From IMG/VR virus record IMGVR_UViG_3300037840_000148, positions 46,832 through 110,831 of that record: a DNA stretch of 64,000 nt. One strand, written 5' to 3'. The position numbers and the translations under genes were made by a program. Numbering within the stretch: position 1 is the stretch's first letter; every line of letters starts with the position of its first letter. Below the pieces are notes generated by a model. That model made no database searches. It was given only the letters and a program-made list of their open reading frames with translations, and was not told where the DNA came from. Positions 21,122 to 31,484 of the stretch are shown piece by piece. This stretch comes from a virus.

Positions 21122-21621
21122 TATCGACTCCTATTAATCCTTCTAGATTTCTTTTGCTGTTTCTGTTTCGCTCGACTCTTTGTGTGACTCTTCCTACGGA
21201 GTATCTGCAGAGCTTCACCTCGGGCTGCCTGCATCGCTTTCTCGGCGTCTGCGATTTGCTTCGGGTAATACTTGTCAAAGATGTCTTGTGTCAACTGGAC
21301 AAGTTGCAGCATCCTTGCTGAGTGGTGACTTTTAATTCTTTTCTTAGCGAACGCCTGAGCGCCGTAGATCCCTTTTCTAGTATTGTGTGGCGCTGGTGTG
21401 ACAATCCGCTGCTCACACTCATGACTCGACCGGTGCCTTAAACCGCAGACTTTACAATTAATCATCTTGCCTAATTCGACATTCCGGCCTGCAAAACTCC
21501 GCTCAGTAAACTCTTCCCGAAATTTTTTGATGGCTTCCGCAACGTCAACTTGCGGATTTTCATCATTCACAATTTCTTTAACTTCGTCCTTAACTTCGTC
21601 CATCTTCCCTCTTTTCATCAT
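21121..21621 (-). CDS. hypothetical basic protein with Zn motif
   Basis: CKVC..RH...HEC; basic C-terminus. Confidence 0.6.
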   Translation of the reverse strand: MMKRGKMDEVKDEVKEIVNDENPQVDVAEAIKKFREEFTERSFAGRNVELGKMINCKVCGLRHRSSHECEQRIVTPAPHNTRKGIYGAQAFAKKRIKSHHSARMLQLVQLTQDIFDKYYPKQIADAEKAMQAARGEALQILRRKSHTKSRAKQKQQKKSRRINRSR

Positions 21622-22246
21622 CGGTCATTTTAAAACCTTCCGCGATTCTCTTCCCGACGCCGCCTTGATTTGTCCGCTCGTCTGCGATTCTAGCGAATGG
21701 CGTCCTGCCCCAATCAAAGTTCCTGCCTGCCCCTGTTGTTGGGTCGTCCGGCGGTTCAGGCTTGATGCCCATTTCAATCCTAGCTTCCAGAATCATCAAG
21801 CCGTAAGCTTCAATCCGTTCTATCTCGTCTTTATTGCCATCGACATAAGCCCGTTCGATATGACTTTTTTCTACCGTCGCTACCCGTGGCGTTTTCAGTG
21901 CCAGAACCGACCGGTATGTCGTCTTGCCATCTTTGCCTTCCGAGCCGACCGAGACTAAAACGATATCGTCGCCGTGTTTCCGGATTGGATACGTCTTCTC
22001 GACTTCCCCGGTTTTACCACAGTGCTGGCAATTCTTCTTTGCCGCGGTATTTAAACACATCGGGCAAGGTTCTTTACCCGTCAGGTACTTCGTACTCAAA
22101 ACAATCCATTGTGCTAAACCACGTTCGACTAATTTCGTGGCTTCTAGTAACGGAACCTTTTTACGGCACCGGCACGTTCTGGGTTTACTTTCGTTAAGGT
22201 GCTGGCTGAAACAATAATGGACCCGGGACAACTTGATGACAGGCAT
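21590..22246 (-). CDS. hypothetical Zn-finger protein
   Basis: CPMC...CQHCGKTG; AGGAG SD. Confidence 0.65.
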   Translation of the reverse strand: MPVIKLSRVHYCFSQHLNESKPRTCRCRKKVPLLEATKLVERGLAQWIVLSTKYLTGKEPCPMCLNTAAKKNCQHCGKTGEVEKTYPIRKHGDDIVLVSVGSEGKDGKTTYRSVLALKTPRVATVEKSHIERAYVDGNKDEIERIEAYGLMILEARIEMGIKPEPPDDPTTGAGRNFDWGRTPFARIADERTNQGGVGKRIAEGFKMTDDEKREDGRS

Positions 22247-22305
22247 AAACTCCTAATAGTACTAAATTACTGAAAATAATAACTTTAAAAGTGGGCATTT
22301 CTTCC

Positions 22306-22337
22306 TCCCAAGGTAGACGGGAGTGCCACACCATTTT
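22306..22337 (-). promoter_or_regulatory. GGTGTGGCA-N8-TACnnT motif, copy 1
   Basis: minus strand AAAATGGTGTGGCActcccgtcTACCTTGGGA; four copies in the window. Confidence 0.65.
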
Positions 22338-22728
22338 ATACCTTGCTAGGCCGTCCACGGCGGCGCAGGCCGCGTTGTTTCCGGCCGTTAGCCTGTCGAC
22401 CCCTAGAAACGAGATTAATGCTCCATATCAAGCCCCTAGACGCCGACAGGGTGATTTCTAGTTCCTCGGCTACCTGCCGATAGGTATATCCTAACCGGAA
22501 GTACAAATGAATGACCCGAGCCCACTTAGCCGCCCTAGCCCGCTGCTTCACGTCCGTCTGGAGTTTCGGGAACAAGTCAAGCAGGATTGCCTTGATTTTC
22601 CGGTTATCTCTAGTCCAATCCGGGATAGGCCGTTTTCGTTGATGACGGAGGTTCCCGATTCGAGAACCGGTCATAAACCCGTCGTTGCCGTCTAGGATTT
22701 TCCTAAGCTGTTGGAAGTCTCTGTTCAT
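22336..22728 (-). CDS. sigma-region-4-like helix-turn-helix protein
   Basis: RVIHLYFRLGYTYRQVAEELEIT pattern. Confidence 0.6.
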   Translation of the reverse strand: MNRDFQQLRKILDGNDGFMTGSRIGNLRHQRKRPIPDWTRDNRKIKAILLDLFPKLQTDVKQRARAAKWARVIHLYFRLGYTYRQVAEELEITLSASRGLIWSINLVSRGRQANGRKQRGLRRRGRPSKV

Positions 22729-23069
22729 GCCGGTTCTTGTTGTTTTTCGGGTTCTGGAATTAATTTTTCTTTCCTCAAAACGTCTTTAACTATTTTTTCA
22801 AGTTTTTCGCGTTCTTGTTTCTCTTTCAAATCGTACTCTAAGCTTTGAATATAAGTTTGAAAAACATAAAATTCACTACCTCGATGATTATAATTTTTAT
22901 AAAAAGGTTGATCAATTAAATGAAAAAATCGTCTGGCTAAATCTTCGTAATTTTCTATAGCTTTTTTACAATTTACTAATTCTTCTTTCATTGCTCCTAT
23001 TGAATCTGCGGTATCCATATCGTCTCCTTTAGATTTTTTTCCGAAGTATTTCCAAAATCTCGTTGGCAT
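22725..23069 (-). CDS. hypothetical protein
   Basis: ORF in chain; probable start at internal Met after AGGAG. Confidence 0.5.
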   Translation of the reverse strand: MPTRFWKYFGKKSKGDDMDTADSIGAMKEELVNCKKAIENYEDLARRFFHLIDQPFYKNYNHRGSEFYVFQTYIQSLEYDLKEKQEREKLEKIVKDVLRKEKLIPEPEKQQEPA

Positions 23070-23353
23070 TCTCGTGTCCTTCCAAAGCTTTGACGTTTTT
23101 TTCCAGTCGCTTTTTTCTAGCCGACGTGGATTTCACGCCATCTCGATTGACAGTTTTATTCCTGCGTAGCCTGCCGCCTCGTTCATAAGCTTGCGGGTCT
23201 GTCCCGTTCAACGTGTGGTCGAATTGCGCTTCCTGGAATCGGACTTTATCTTCGCCTTTCAATGTGTGGTTCTTACAGATAAAATTCGTCGCGGCTACGA
23301 CCTCTTCCGTGCATTCTATAAATGACTGGCACCCTAATGCGATGCAATATAAC

Positions 23354-24571
23354 TTAAGCTTCAATGTCTTCCTCCTCTTGGTCAACGAACATGTCGTCAA
23401 GTGTCTCGTCGTCTTTCTTTGTGAAGTACTCTTTCTTGAATGCTTCATCTCGGAGAACGAAGGCACGAAAGTAAGGATCGTTGGTATATCCAAAGCCGGG
23501 CCTGTTACTGAATTTATTAATCCAATTTTTAGATTTCCAGGCATTAACAATCTGTTGGATTTGATTACCGGCTACCAACGCGGCGTTATTTGCCATCTCT
23601 TGTGTAATAAAACCACTATTGAATTGAAGCCGCTGCCGCGTCAAAAAATTCTCCGGAACTCTCGTGGCATTACTAGCTAACCACGCAAGTTTTCTTTCCG
23701 TAGCAGCTTTCGTCGTGTCGAGTTTACCGTCCGCTTTTCGGCCTTGTGCTTCTTCCATCAATGTCACGACGAAATCATTCACGACTATCCAGACACCTTC
23801 ATCGGTTACATGCGCCACGACGGCTTCTTGACCGGCTTTAAAAGGCTCGGCGTTTTCTAGAAGAGTAACGCTCGTTCCTTTTTCTAATTTATGTCCAGAT
23901 TTAGTAAACCAAAGCAGTGCAGCGTCCCTAATACCAGTCAACCATGAATACAAACATAACTGAGGATCGAATGCCGCGTAACCTGCGTTCTCGTGATAGT
24001 TGATTCCGGCCGTTTTGATATCAATAATAAGCGGCCTGAAGGGTCCATATTCCGGTCGCCACTCCAATTTAGGCAGAAGCGGGTGGTCTGGCTCGGTGTA
24101 AGAAATTATATCAATCTTGCCGTATATGGTTATCTCGCCATAATTGGGATCTTCCGGGTAAATCTCCTTTTCGTAATCACGTTGGAAACTAACGCGACCG
24201 CCTAACGGGATAGGAAGGTCCGGTTGTCGGATTTTATAAAGACGAAGCATCTCTGTCCCGATTCTCTGCAAATTATTCCAATCTTTTTCTTTCTTCGTAT
24301 ATTTCAACTTATCGTTTTCTTTATGCTCGGACCAACGGCGAGAAAAATCTTCCAAAAACCCTTCTGCATTGTGGTCATGAAAAAATTGCAGAGATTCCTC
24401 GAAAGCTCTGCCGAATTTAAAAGCCGCCTTCAGATCAGATTCCCGCCAACCAAGAACCCTTCGTAAATGATACCGGTATGGATTACCATCGAAATCCAAA
24501 CCCGCGGAATACGAGTGACGCCTCTGCGGCTCACCTTTTGAATTGAGATAAAGAAAGGCCATTACTGCCAA
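23354..24571 (-). CDS. PD-(D/E)XK nuclease (RecB/Cas4-like)
   Basis: SYS, FGRAF, GKIDII, IIDIKT, QL.LY. Confidence 0.8.
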   Translation of the reverse strand: MAVMAFLYLNSKGEPQRRHSYSAGLDFDGNPYRYHLRRVLGWRESDLKAAFKFGRAFEESLQFFHDHNAEGFLEDFSRRWSEHKENDKLKYTKKEKDWNNLQRIGTEMLRLYKIRQPDLPIPLGGRVSFQRDYEKEIYPEDPNYGEITIYGKIDIISYTEPDHPLLPKLEWRPEYGPFRPLIIDIKTAGINYHENAGYAAFDPQLCLYSWLTGIRDAALLWFTKSGHKLEKGTSVTLLENAEPFKAGQEAVVAHVTDEGVWIVVNDFVVTLMEEAQGRKADGKLDTTKAATERKLAWLASNATRVPENFLTRQRLQFNSGFITQEMANNAALVAGNQIQQIVNAWKSKNWINKFSNRPGFGYTNDPYFRAFVLRDEAFKKEYFTKKDDETLDDMFVDQEEEDIEA

Positions 24572-24739
24572 CCTTGCGGGTCTGTGAACGTCAAATTACT
24601 ACAGTTGACCCGACAATCATCAAAACCTTTCCCGCCGTAGGCATCCTCGTCGCCTTCCATATATTCTACCCAACTATAGAAGGCGTTCTCTTCCTCGACG
24701 TGAATAACGTAATCGTGGCCGTCGTTGTCACTTACTAAT

Positions 24740-27154
24740 TTAAATCGCATACTCCTCCTCATAGACTTGTATCCGGTCTATGTAGTTATTTAGAAATTCG
24801 CTTCTAGGACCGAAATAACTCAACTCTAGATGCTTGGCTGCTCTGCTCGCCCCGACAAAAAATATTCTTTTCTCTTCCATAATTTCACCGTTTTTATGTG
24901 GAATTTTACCTTGACTACACCCAACTAGAAAAACATAATCGAATTCCAAACCCTTCGCTTTATGCACGGTGGCTAGAGTTAAACATTTTATTGCTTTCGT
25001 GGCGTATGCTAGCCTGCGGAGATAATTTAAAAACTCCGTGACATTACCCTTATTTGCGGACATCCTGACGGCATCATTAAGATTCTTAACGGGATCATTC
25101 TCGGCATCAGCTAGGTTTCGGTAGATCCAAATCAAATTATGCTTCGTAATCAAATCCGCTAAAACCTCATTAGCCGGACGAGTATCATTTGACTCCTTGG
25201 CTAATTTCAGAAGCCTTTTGACTTCCGACTGTTGCCAAAAACCATCTTTTCCTAAATATTTATAACGAATATTTCTGCTTGTACACGCTTTCTGAAACGC
25301 GAACAATTGTCGGTTAGTACGAGCCAAAATCGCTGTATGCTCCGGATCAGTAATTTTTGATAAAACCCGGTCGGCTTCTTGTAAATCATACGAATATTCA
25401 ACTACCGTAGGATCGACACCAACTTCATTATCAGTCGTCATGTGGCTTGCAATGCCGTTATCGACGGGCAAAATTTCCTTGAAAAATTCGACGAGCTTTT
25501 TAGTTGATCTGTAGTTTTGTCCAAGATATAAAGTTTTTGCATTTGGAAATCTCTCGTAAAACTTGGATAAGTTTCCAGCTTGGGCGCTTCTCCACTCATA
25601 AATACAATTTCCGACCGGAACATTATCTGCAATATAGGTGTGATCTTTTTCTACATCAAGAGAATAAACGGGGCCACAATATTTAATCTTTTTAATTTTT
25701 TGAATAAGAGAGCTCTTATATGTTTTCTTTGTTGGTAAATCCATTAATTTTTCCAAAAGATTGGCTGCAACCGTTTTAAAATATCCATGAAACTTTGTTC
25801 GATGTTTCTTTCTATTCCCCCAAGAAATTAAAGGGTATTCAAAAAGAAGCCCTTTTTCTAAAAGAAGATTAAATCCTCCCGCCCAAGACACCGATTTAAA
25901 AACTCTTTTAATTTGTTGACCCGTAACCGCTGTTCTATAATTATGAAAAGTTCGTTCAGGTATCTGATACTGTAAAGAATATATTTCTTCCCTAGTATGT
26001 GCCTCTGTATTGGATTCCACAACATCTAGTATCCACATCTTATCTGCTCGTTCCTGATATCCTCTATGAGATATTTGATTACCACCGCAGGCAGTTCTTA
26101 ACGTACTTGTTCCTATTCTGAATCCCCGATCTCTTCTCCACATCAAATATACAAAATGCGTTTTATTTTGTAACGCTTTTCGGTTAAATTTTGTCCAAAC
26201 GAAATGGTTTGGTGTGACTTTCGTAGTCTCATTATTCATTTCAATCTGTAAAAGATTTCCATCAAACTGACGTACTGCTCTGCGAAAACGACGGCCTTTT
26301 CCTAATCGCATTCTTTTTCCATAATGATCCCATGAAACAATCCGGTCGTTTGTTTCGGATAAAAGCTCAATTGGAACTTGCTTTACTTTTGCAGCTACTC
26401 GACCTTGAACCGGAGAAACCAAAACATCAACTAGAGTGCCGGGAGGCTGACATTGGTTTTCATCTCCAACCGCAAACATATTGCCGTCAAATATAAGCTG
26501 AAGCAGCCTGAACTGTTTTTCGTCCGTGTCTTGAGCCTCGTCAACCGCTATATACTTCCTTTTCCACCTTGCTAAAACTTCCAGATTGGTTTCAAATAGC
26601 TTTACAACTTCAGTAATGCAAGCATCAAAGTCCAACCAGCCTTCCAAACGCATGCCCTTTTCGTATTGTTCATAAGCCAATGAATAAACGTACTCTGCGC
26701 CTTGGTGTCTAGCTTCTTCCATTGCCGTGGCTGGATCAGTATTTTCACACTTCCACCGAGTAATTTTCTCTCTGAGCGTCTTGTACTGCAGTTGTGGAAA
26801 CTGCCGACAAAGCTCGGCCAAAAGCTGATAATCCTGAGCCTTGACGGGGATAATCTCGTCGCACAGTTCAAACGGCAGGTGCTCTCGTTCCTTCTTTAAG
26901 ACTTCCAACGCGAAGCTATGAAAAGTCCTAAACGATGACTTCGCGTCCGTCATCCCAATCCGTGTTTGCATCTGCTCGGCCGCGGCGTTTGTGAAGGTCA
27001 AATTCAGGATGTCCCGAGTGTTGATTCCACGAGTCAGCATCCGGATATACCGCTCTACCAAGACGGTCGTCTTGCCAGATCCTGGCCCTGCGATAGTTAC
27101 CCAGACACCATCAATAGCGTTAGCAGCTAGCTCCTGTTGAGGATTAAGAATCAC
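24740..27154 (-). CDS. uvrD: UvrD/PcrA-like SF1 helicase containing an intein
   Basis: AGPGSGKT, TFTN.AA, TFHS, VDEAQD, GDENQ|CIYEWR, QNYRS, TVHKAKGLEF. Confidence 0.92.
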   Translation of the reverse strand: MILNPQQELAANAIDGVWVTIAGPGSGKTTVLVERYIRMLTRGINTRDILNLTFTNAAAEQMQTRIGMTDAKSSFRTFHSFALEVLKKEREHLPFELCDEIIPVKAQDYQLLAELCRQFPQLQYKTLREKITRWKCENTDPATAMEEARHQGAEYVYSLAYEQYEKGMRLEGWLDFDACITEVVKLFETNLEVLARWKRKYIAVDEAQDTDEKQFRLLQLIFDGNMFAVGDENQCQPPGTLVDVLVSPVQGRVAAKVKQVPIELLSETNDRIVSWDHYGKRMRLGKGRRFRRAVRQFDGNLLQIEMNNETTKVTPNHFVWTKFNRKALQNKTHFVYLMWRRDRGFRIGTSTLRTACGGNQISHRGYQERADKMWILDVVESNTEAHTREEIYSLQYQIPERTFHNYRTAVTGQQIKRVFKSVSWAGGFNLLLEKGLLFEYPLISWGNRKKHRTKFHGYFKTVAANLLEKLMDLPTKKTYKSSLIQKIKKIKYCGPVYSLDVEKDHTYIADNVPVGNCIYEWRSAQAGNLSKFYERFPNAKTLYLGQNYRSTKKLVEFFKEILPVDNGIASHMTTDNEVGVDPTVVEYSYDLQEADRVLSKITDPEHTAILARTNRQLFAFQKACTSRNIRYKYLGKDGFWQQSEVKRLLKLAKESNDTRPANEVLADLITKHNLIWIYRNLADAENDPVKNLNDAVRMSANKGNVTEFLNYLRRLAYATKAIKCLTLATVHKAKGLEFDYVFLVGCSQGKIPHKNGEIMEEKRIFFVGASRAAKHLELSYFGPRSEFLNNYIDRIQVYEEEYAI
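25607..26452 (-). mobile_element. intein (282 aa) in helicase motif III
   Basis: starts CQPPGT; block B VTPNH; ends VYSLDVEKDHTYIADNVPVGN before +1 Cys. Confidence 0.88.
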
Positions 27155-27347
27155 ACTTTCTCCGCAATATCATTTAATGGTAAAGACATTTGCCGTTTTG
27201 ATTCTTTTTCGTTATCAAGTATCTGTCGAATAAATTCTTCCTCGGATACGCCTATCGGCATAACTTTACTGAGACAGTTTGGACAACCTGTTTGCACTCT
27301 CGGCTCTTCCTTTGAAATAAAAATCCGACCACTACAAAATGGGCAAC

Positions 27348-28712
27348 TCATGCTTTCTCCGCGACTTCATTGATAATCAAAACAAGACCGCCCGGTCCTA
27401 ATACCTTGACACGTTCATCGAAAGTTGCAAGCAGTTGGTCCCACTGTTTGACGGTTAATTTCAACTTGCCATTTTCAACGATGGCGTCAGGAAATAGATG
27501 CATCGTATACCTCTTGACACGCCAAATAATGCCGTCCGTCATGCCGCCATTTTTCAGAATTTCGTTTGTATACACCTTAAGACGGGCACGGTACGCGTCT
27601 TCCTGTTCTTTTGTCGGATACTCACTTTCTTGTGCTGCCGCAAATAAAGGCTTCATAGTTTCAGCTAAGTTTTGAATAATCTCATTTCCGGCTTGTAGTA
27701 CTTCCGGAGCAATATTGAAAGGCGGTTCAGGATCATAAAGAGGCTGCATAGCAACCTTTAGTTCTTCTTCTTTGGCTTTTATGTGCTCTGGTCCAAGATA
27801 TGGCGCATCAAAATCTTCGCTCGCGTTAACGTTATTTCTTGCGGCTTCCATCTCAGCCTTAGTGCGCCGTCTACGTCGCGGTTTTCCTTCTACCAACTCT
27901 TTAACTAAGGCGTCGGCTGCAGCCAAGACGACAGGATCAGTGATGGTTTTTGCTGCTTCTGCCATCGTTGGGTATTTATTGAATTGTTCGATTTCAACTA
28001 ACTTTTCTATCGGTTCAACGCCTGGGATTGGTTGTGGAATAATCGAACCGCTTGAAAATGGCTCTGGGGCAACCATTTTATTGAAGCCGCTCTTACGATT
28101 AGGATTAAGTAAAACCGCGTCAGTTATTGAGTCAAGCGCCGTGTTTGGGTCAACCGCCTTCCGGACATCTTCCGTTACATCTTTACCAGCTTGACTATTC
28201 GGTTCGACTTGCGGTTGGGGGGCCGGTAGAGTTGCCATACTTGCTAGACTCGTGCTGGAACGGTTGATGTCGGTTGTGGTTTCGTTTAATTCGGATTCAT
28301 CTAGCAAACCGCCGACAAATTGTAAAGTCATCCGACGAGTCCCGCGTGTCTGTGCGAGCATCACGGCGGTTGCTAACTGTGTGCCTTTCAAGCCTTCCGT
28401 TGACGCACTTCCGACAGCCATTTCGGTCCTGCCGGTTGCATCTTTTCCTTCGACAATCCAAGCGACATAACCCCGACCTTCGTCTTTTGTCAGCTTCGTC
28501 GTAGAGATTTGTTTATTAGCTCGGATGATATCCGTCGCGGCTTTTTTCGCATAAAGCGTCAAGTTGCGTTTACCGTCGCCCGTTTCCATCCAAATAAATG
28601 CCAAGGCGCTCAATTCTGGCGGCAGGCTGTAATGCTGACAGGCGTCAAGGTAGTATTTCTGACGTTGTTCTTCAGTCAGGCTTTCAAGGTCGTAAATCGG
28701 ATTAAAAGGCAT
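27348..28712 (-). CDS. putative ssDNA-annealing/recombination protein
   Basis: N-terminal LTLYAKK...TR..RR.TL pattern; lies next to helicase and nuclease. Confidence 0.5.
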   Translation of the reverse strand: MPFNPIYDLESLTEEQRQKYYLDACQHYSLPPELSALAFIWMETGDGKRNLTLYAKKAATDIIRANKQISTTKLTKDEGRGYVAWIVEGKDATGRTEMAVGSASTEGLKGTQLATAVMLAQTRGTRRMTLQFVGGLLDESELNETTTDINRSSTSLASMATLPAPQPQVEPNSQAGKDVTEDVRKAVDPNTALDSITDAVLLNPNRKSGFNKMVAPEPFSSGSIIPQPIPGVEPIEKLVEIEQFNKYPTMAEAAKTITDPVVLAAADALVKELVEGKPRRRRRTKAEMEAARNNVNASEDFDAPYLGPEHIKAKEEELKVAMQPLYDPEPPFNIAPEVLQAGNEIIQNLAETMKPLFAAAQESEYPTKEQEDAYRARLKVYTNEILKNGGMTDGIIWRVKRYTMHLFPDAIVENGKLKLTVKQWDQLLATFDERVKVLGPGGLVLIINEVAEKA

Positions 28713-28938
28713 AATTCCTCACGTTTAATTTCATATAGAATGACGGTATCATACTTTTCCTTATTTGTCAAGCTTTTTATCTCTAAATGTATTTCCTAAA
28801 TAATCCCGATGCGGACCCGCGTGTCCGGCGTCTTTTATACAATAAAATTTAACATCTTTATCATGTTCATCTTTCTTAACTCTGTATTTCATACATTGAG
28901 CGGCATACATAAAAATTTCTCGCAAAGTATTTTCCTTT

Positions 28939-31125
28939 CTACTTATGGTAATAACTGCCGGAAAAGCCGTCCGCGCCAAGCAAAAGGCCCGGAGCCCAAC
29001 TTACCGGCTCTGACAAAATTTGAATCATGTCTTGGACGCCGGGATGAAACGGGCAATCTGGATTCTCAGCGATGCCCTCGTCGTGCGCGTGACCATCTAC
29101 TTCTATTCCTATTTCTTCGAATCGCAAAAATTTCACGGCAATCACGTCACGGCTAAAACCTTGATCGATGTTTTCAAAAATCTTGCCCCCATGTGACGTA
29201 ATACTATTAGACCACGCGTGGGTAGTCTGGTTAACTCCTGAGTATGTCAGGGTCGGGCCAAAAACATCGTTGCCGTCTTCATCTTTCCACGGCTTCTTTA
29301 AATTTTGGATAGATGCATCGAGGTAGTGTAAATAGCGACCTGAAGGCAGTTGAATCCTCAGAATGACACGTTTGATACCGTCTTGATCTAATGTCAACTT
29401 ATCAAATTTAATACAGCCGTTAGGTCCGATTTCTCGTTTCGTTCGCTCGCCATTCAAAACATCCGTATAGGCTTTCTCGATGTCAAACCAGCATTGTTTG
29501 ATTTCTGAATAAGATTCACGAAAAATTTGAACTATATGATGTGCCTGACTCTGTTCCATCTGGACGCCATAACCCTCGGCAAACCCCCAAAGTCCGGTTT
29601 TTATAACATCGCCTGTCTTGGGATTCGTTCCCCAATCACCGCCGCCCATTCTGTACACACATCCTAAAACCCCCACTTTACCCATCTGCCGATTATCTTT
29701 CGCGGCCTTCTTAATCATTTTATCCAATGATTTCAAGTCGGCTTCCATCTTTTCATAACTTGTCCCGAGAAGCTTGGTCGCACTGAAGTCAATGTATGGG
29801 TCGTTACCATTCGGCTTACCCGGTCGCGGCTCGAAGACTTTCATCAACGGTTCACAACCAGCAAGGTAGGCCGCGGATCTTGTTTCTATGGCATTAAGGT
29901 CGGCAACATCAAGCCTTTTTCCTTCCGGCGCAACAAACGCGGTCCTGATAAGGTTCTTGATCGTCAACAGGACGGAACCAAATTTTTTCTGGATACCGTC
30001 GTAGTCCATCCTGCGAACCATACCACGCGCCTCATCGACGACATTTTCATCCTCAAAATTAAAACCGTTCAAAACACCCGGCCTTGCTAAATTTTGAAGT
30101 TGAACAGCATTCCCAGACCAACGACCGCATCTTGCGCTTCCCATATAAAGAAACTGGTTCCTGAGTCTGTTGTCAGGCGATATCTGCCGCATGATCGCTG
30201 CAAGCTTCTTGTATGTCGTACTGGACGCCGCTCGGCGGGCTTCCAAGACTTGTTGACACAATGGCGTCATTGTGTCGCTGTGATACTTTAACTGTGACTC
30301 GACTGTTGTTTTATTTAATGTGTTCGATTCATAGCCTTGTTCTCTAGCCCATGCAAGCATCTGCTTCGGGGAGTTGGCATTTTCTAATCCAGTCAACTCA
30401 TTTTGCTTTTTGACAGCTTCTTCCTTTGAACGAGACGCTAATTCATACATGTTTTTCGCAAACGGCAAATCCACGAAAATTCCGCGGTCATTGACTTTCT
30501 GGTCGAATATCCAAATCTTCCGTTCTAGTTCAGGCAGCGGGAAGACTTTCAACAACATTTCTTTCCGCATGATTTCACGTTCCGACCGAACGTCTTGACA
30601 GCAATAGTCGACAAACTCCTGCCACTCTTTTGGATGCGTATTCCAATCATTAAAGTACTGCCGTTGAGTCTCGCCCTTCTTCTTTCTAGTCAAATGTGGT
30701 TCACTGAAAAGTTTGATTAAATCTTCGCCGCGTTTGTCTTTCTGGAATTCCGGCTTCAACGCTAGGATATCTCCGACTTTATCTAGCGCCCCGGGAAGAC
30801 TTAAATACCTAGCTGAAGCTTGGGGATCGTACCATCTTTCAATCGGCAAATCGATACCTAACTTGTAAAGAAAGCCATACCGCTCGAAGGTTGAATGCCA
30901 CGCCGCAAGCGGTTGTTCCGGATCTTCCAAGCCTCGACGTAAATCATCCGGCATCCCGGTCAGGTGGATTTGCCACGGCTTCGGCTCGGCTTCCCCATAT
31001 GCATAGGCCAAAATAAGTGGTTGCGTTAATTTATCCAACCAGTAATTATGGAGACCAACGCTTTCGCTGCCGTGAAGTTCTACAACGCCACGGGATTCCC
31101 AATCGAGATGAAGAAACGGTTTCAA
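28939..31125 (-). CDS. DNA polymerase family A (phage type)
   Basis: LDWES exonuclease, GRWSG..VQLQNL, ADLNAIETR, RQMGK, HAHDE. Confidence 0.92.
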   Translation of the reverse strand: MKPFLHLDWESRGVVELHGSESVGLHNYWLDKLTQPLILAYAYGEAEPKPWQIHLTGMPDDLRRGLEDPEQPLAAWHSTFERYGFLYKLGIDLPIERWYDPQASARYLSLPGALDKVGDILALKPEFQKDKRGEDLIKLFSEPHLTRKKKGETQRQYFNDWNTHPKEWQEFVDYCCQDVRSEREIMRKEMLLKVFPLPELERKIWIFDQKVNDRGIFVDLPFAKNMYELASRSKEEAVKKQNELTGLENANSPKQMLAWAREQGYESNTLNKTTVESQLKYHSDTMTPLCQQVLEARRAASSTTYKKLAAIMRQISPDNRLRNQFLYMGSARCGRWSGNAVQLQNLARPGVLNGFNFEDENVVDEARGMVRRMDYDGIQKKFGSVLLTIKNLIRTAFVAPEGKRLDVADLNAIETRSAAYLAGCEPLMKVFEPRPGKPNGNDPYIDFSATKLLGTSYEKMEADLKSLDKMIKKAAKDNRQMGKVGVLGCVYRMGGGDWGTNPKTGDVIKTGLWGFAEGYGVQMEQSQAHHIVQIFRESYSEIKQCWFDIEKAYTDVLNGERTKREIGPNGCIKFDKLTLDQDGIKRVILRIQLPSGRYLHYLDASIQNLKKPWKDEDGNDVFGPTLTYSGVNQTTHAWSNSITSHGGKIFENIDQGFSRDVIAVKFLRFEEIGIEVDGHAHDEGIAENPDCPFHPGVQDMIQILSEPVSWAPGLLLGADGFSGSYYHK

Positions 31126-31472
31126 TACTTCTTACCCCCCGGCAGTACGCGGTTCTCGTGCTTGTGGTCGGCTCGGTGTGCGTTATAATGCCGCTTCTCT
31201 TGATACGCGCCCTCAAGATCATATCCAAATCCTTGGGCAAGATCGAAGATACGAATCAAGCAGTCTGTTAACTCGACTTCAACCATTTTACGATTAGGTA
31301 ATTTATCGTCTTGTAAATCCTTCCTGTGGCCTTCCAACGCCTCAGAAAGTTCACTGTGGCATAGAGCGATCAACTCACCGAAATTACGGGTGAGTGGTTC
31401 ACCTGTCTTGATATCTCGCCACCACTTAAGGTTATCATCGTGGCATTGCTTTGCGTAATCATTTAGATTCAT
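31122..31472 (-). CDS. MazG-like NTP pyrophosphohydrolase
   Basis: LCHSELSEALEG...EVELTDCLIRIFD. Confidence 0.85.
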   Translation of the reverse strand: MNLNDYAKQCHDDNLKWWRDIKTGEPLTRNFGELIALCHSELSEALEGHRKDLQDDKLPNRKMVEVELTDCLIRIFDLAQGFGYDLEGAYQEKRHYNAHRADHKHENRVLPGGKKY

Positions 31473-31484
31473 TTTCTTCTCCTT

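Noticed and set aside
22306-22337. Sigma54 promoter reading of the TGGCA motif
   Set aside because: None of the four copies has GC ten bases after the GG; all have TA there.
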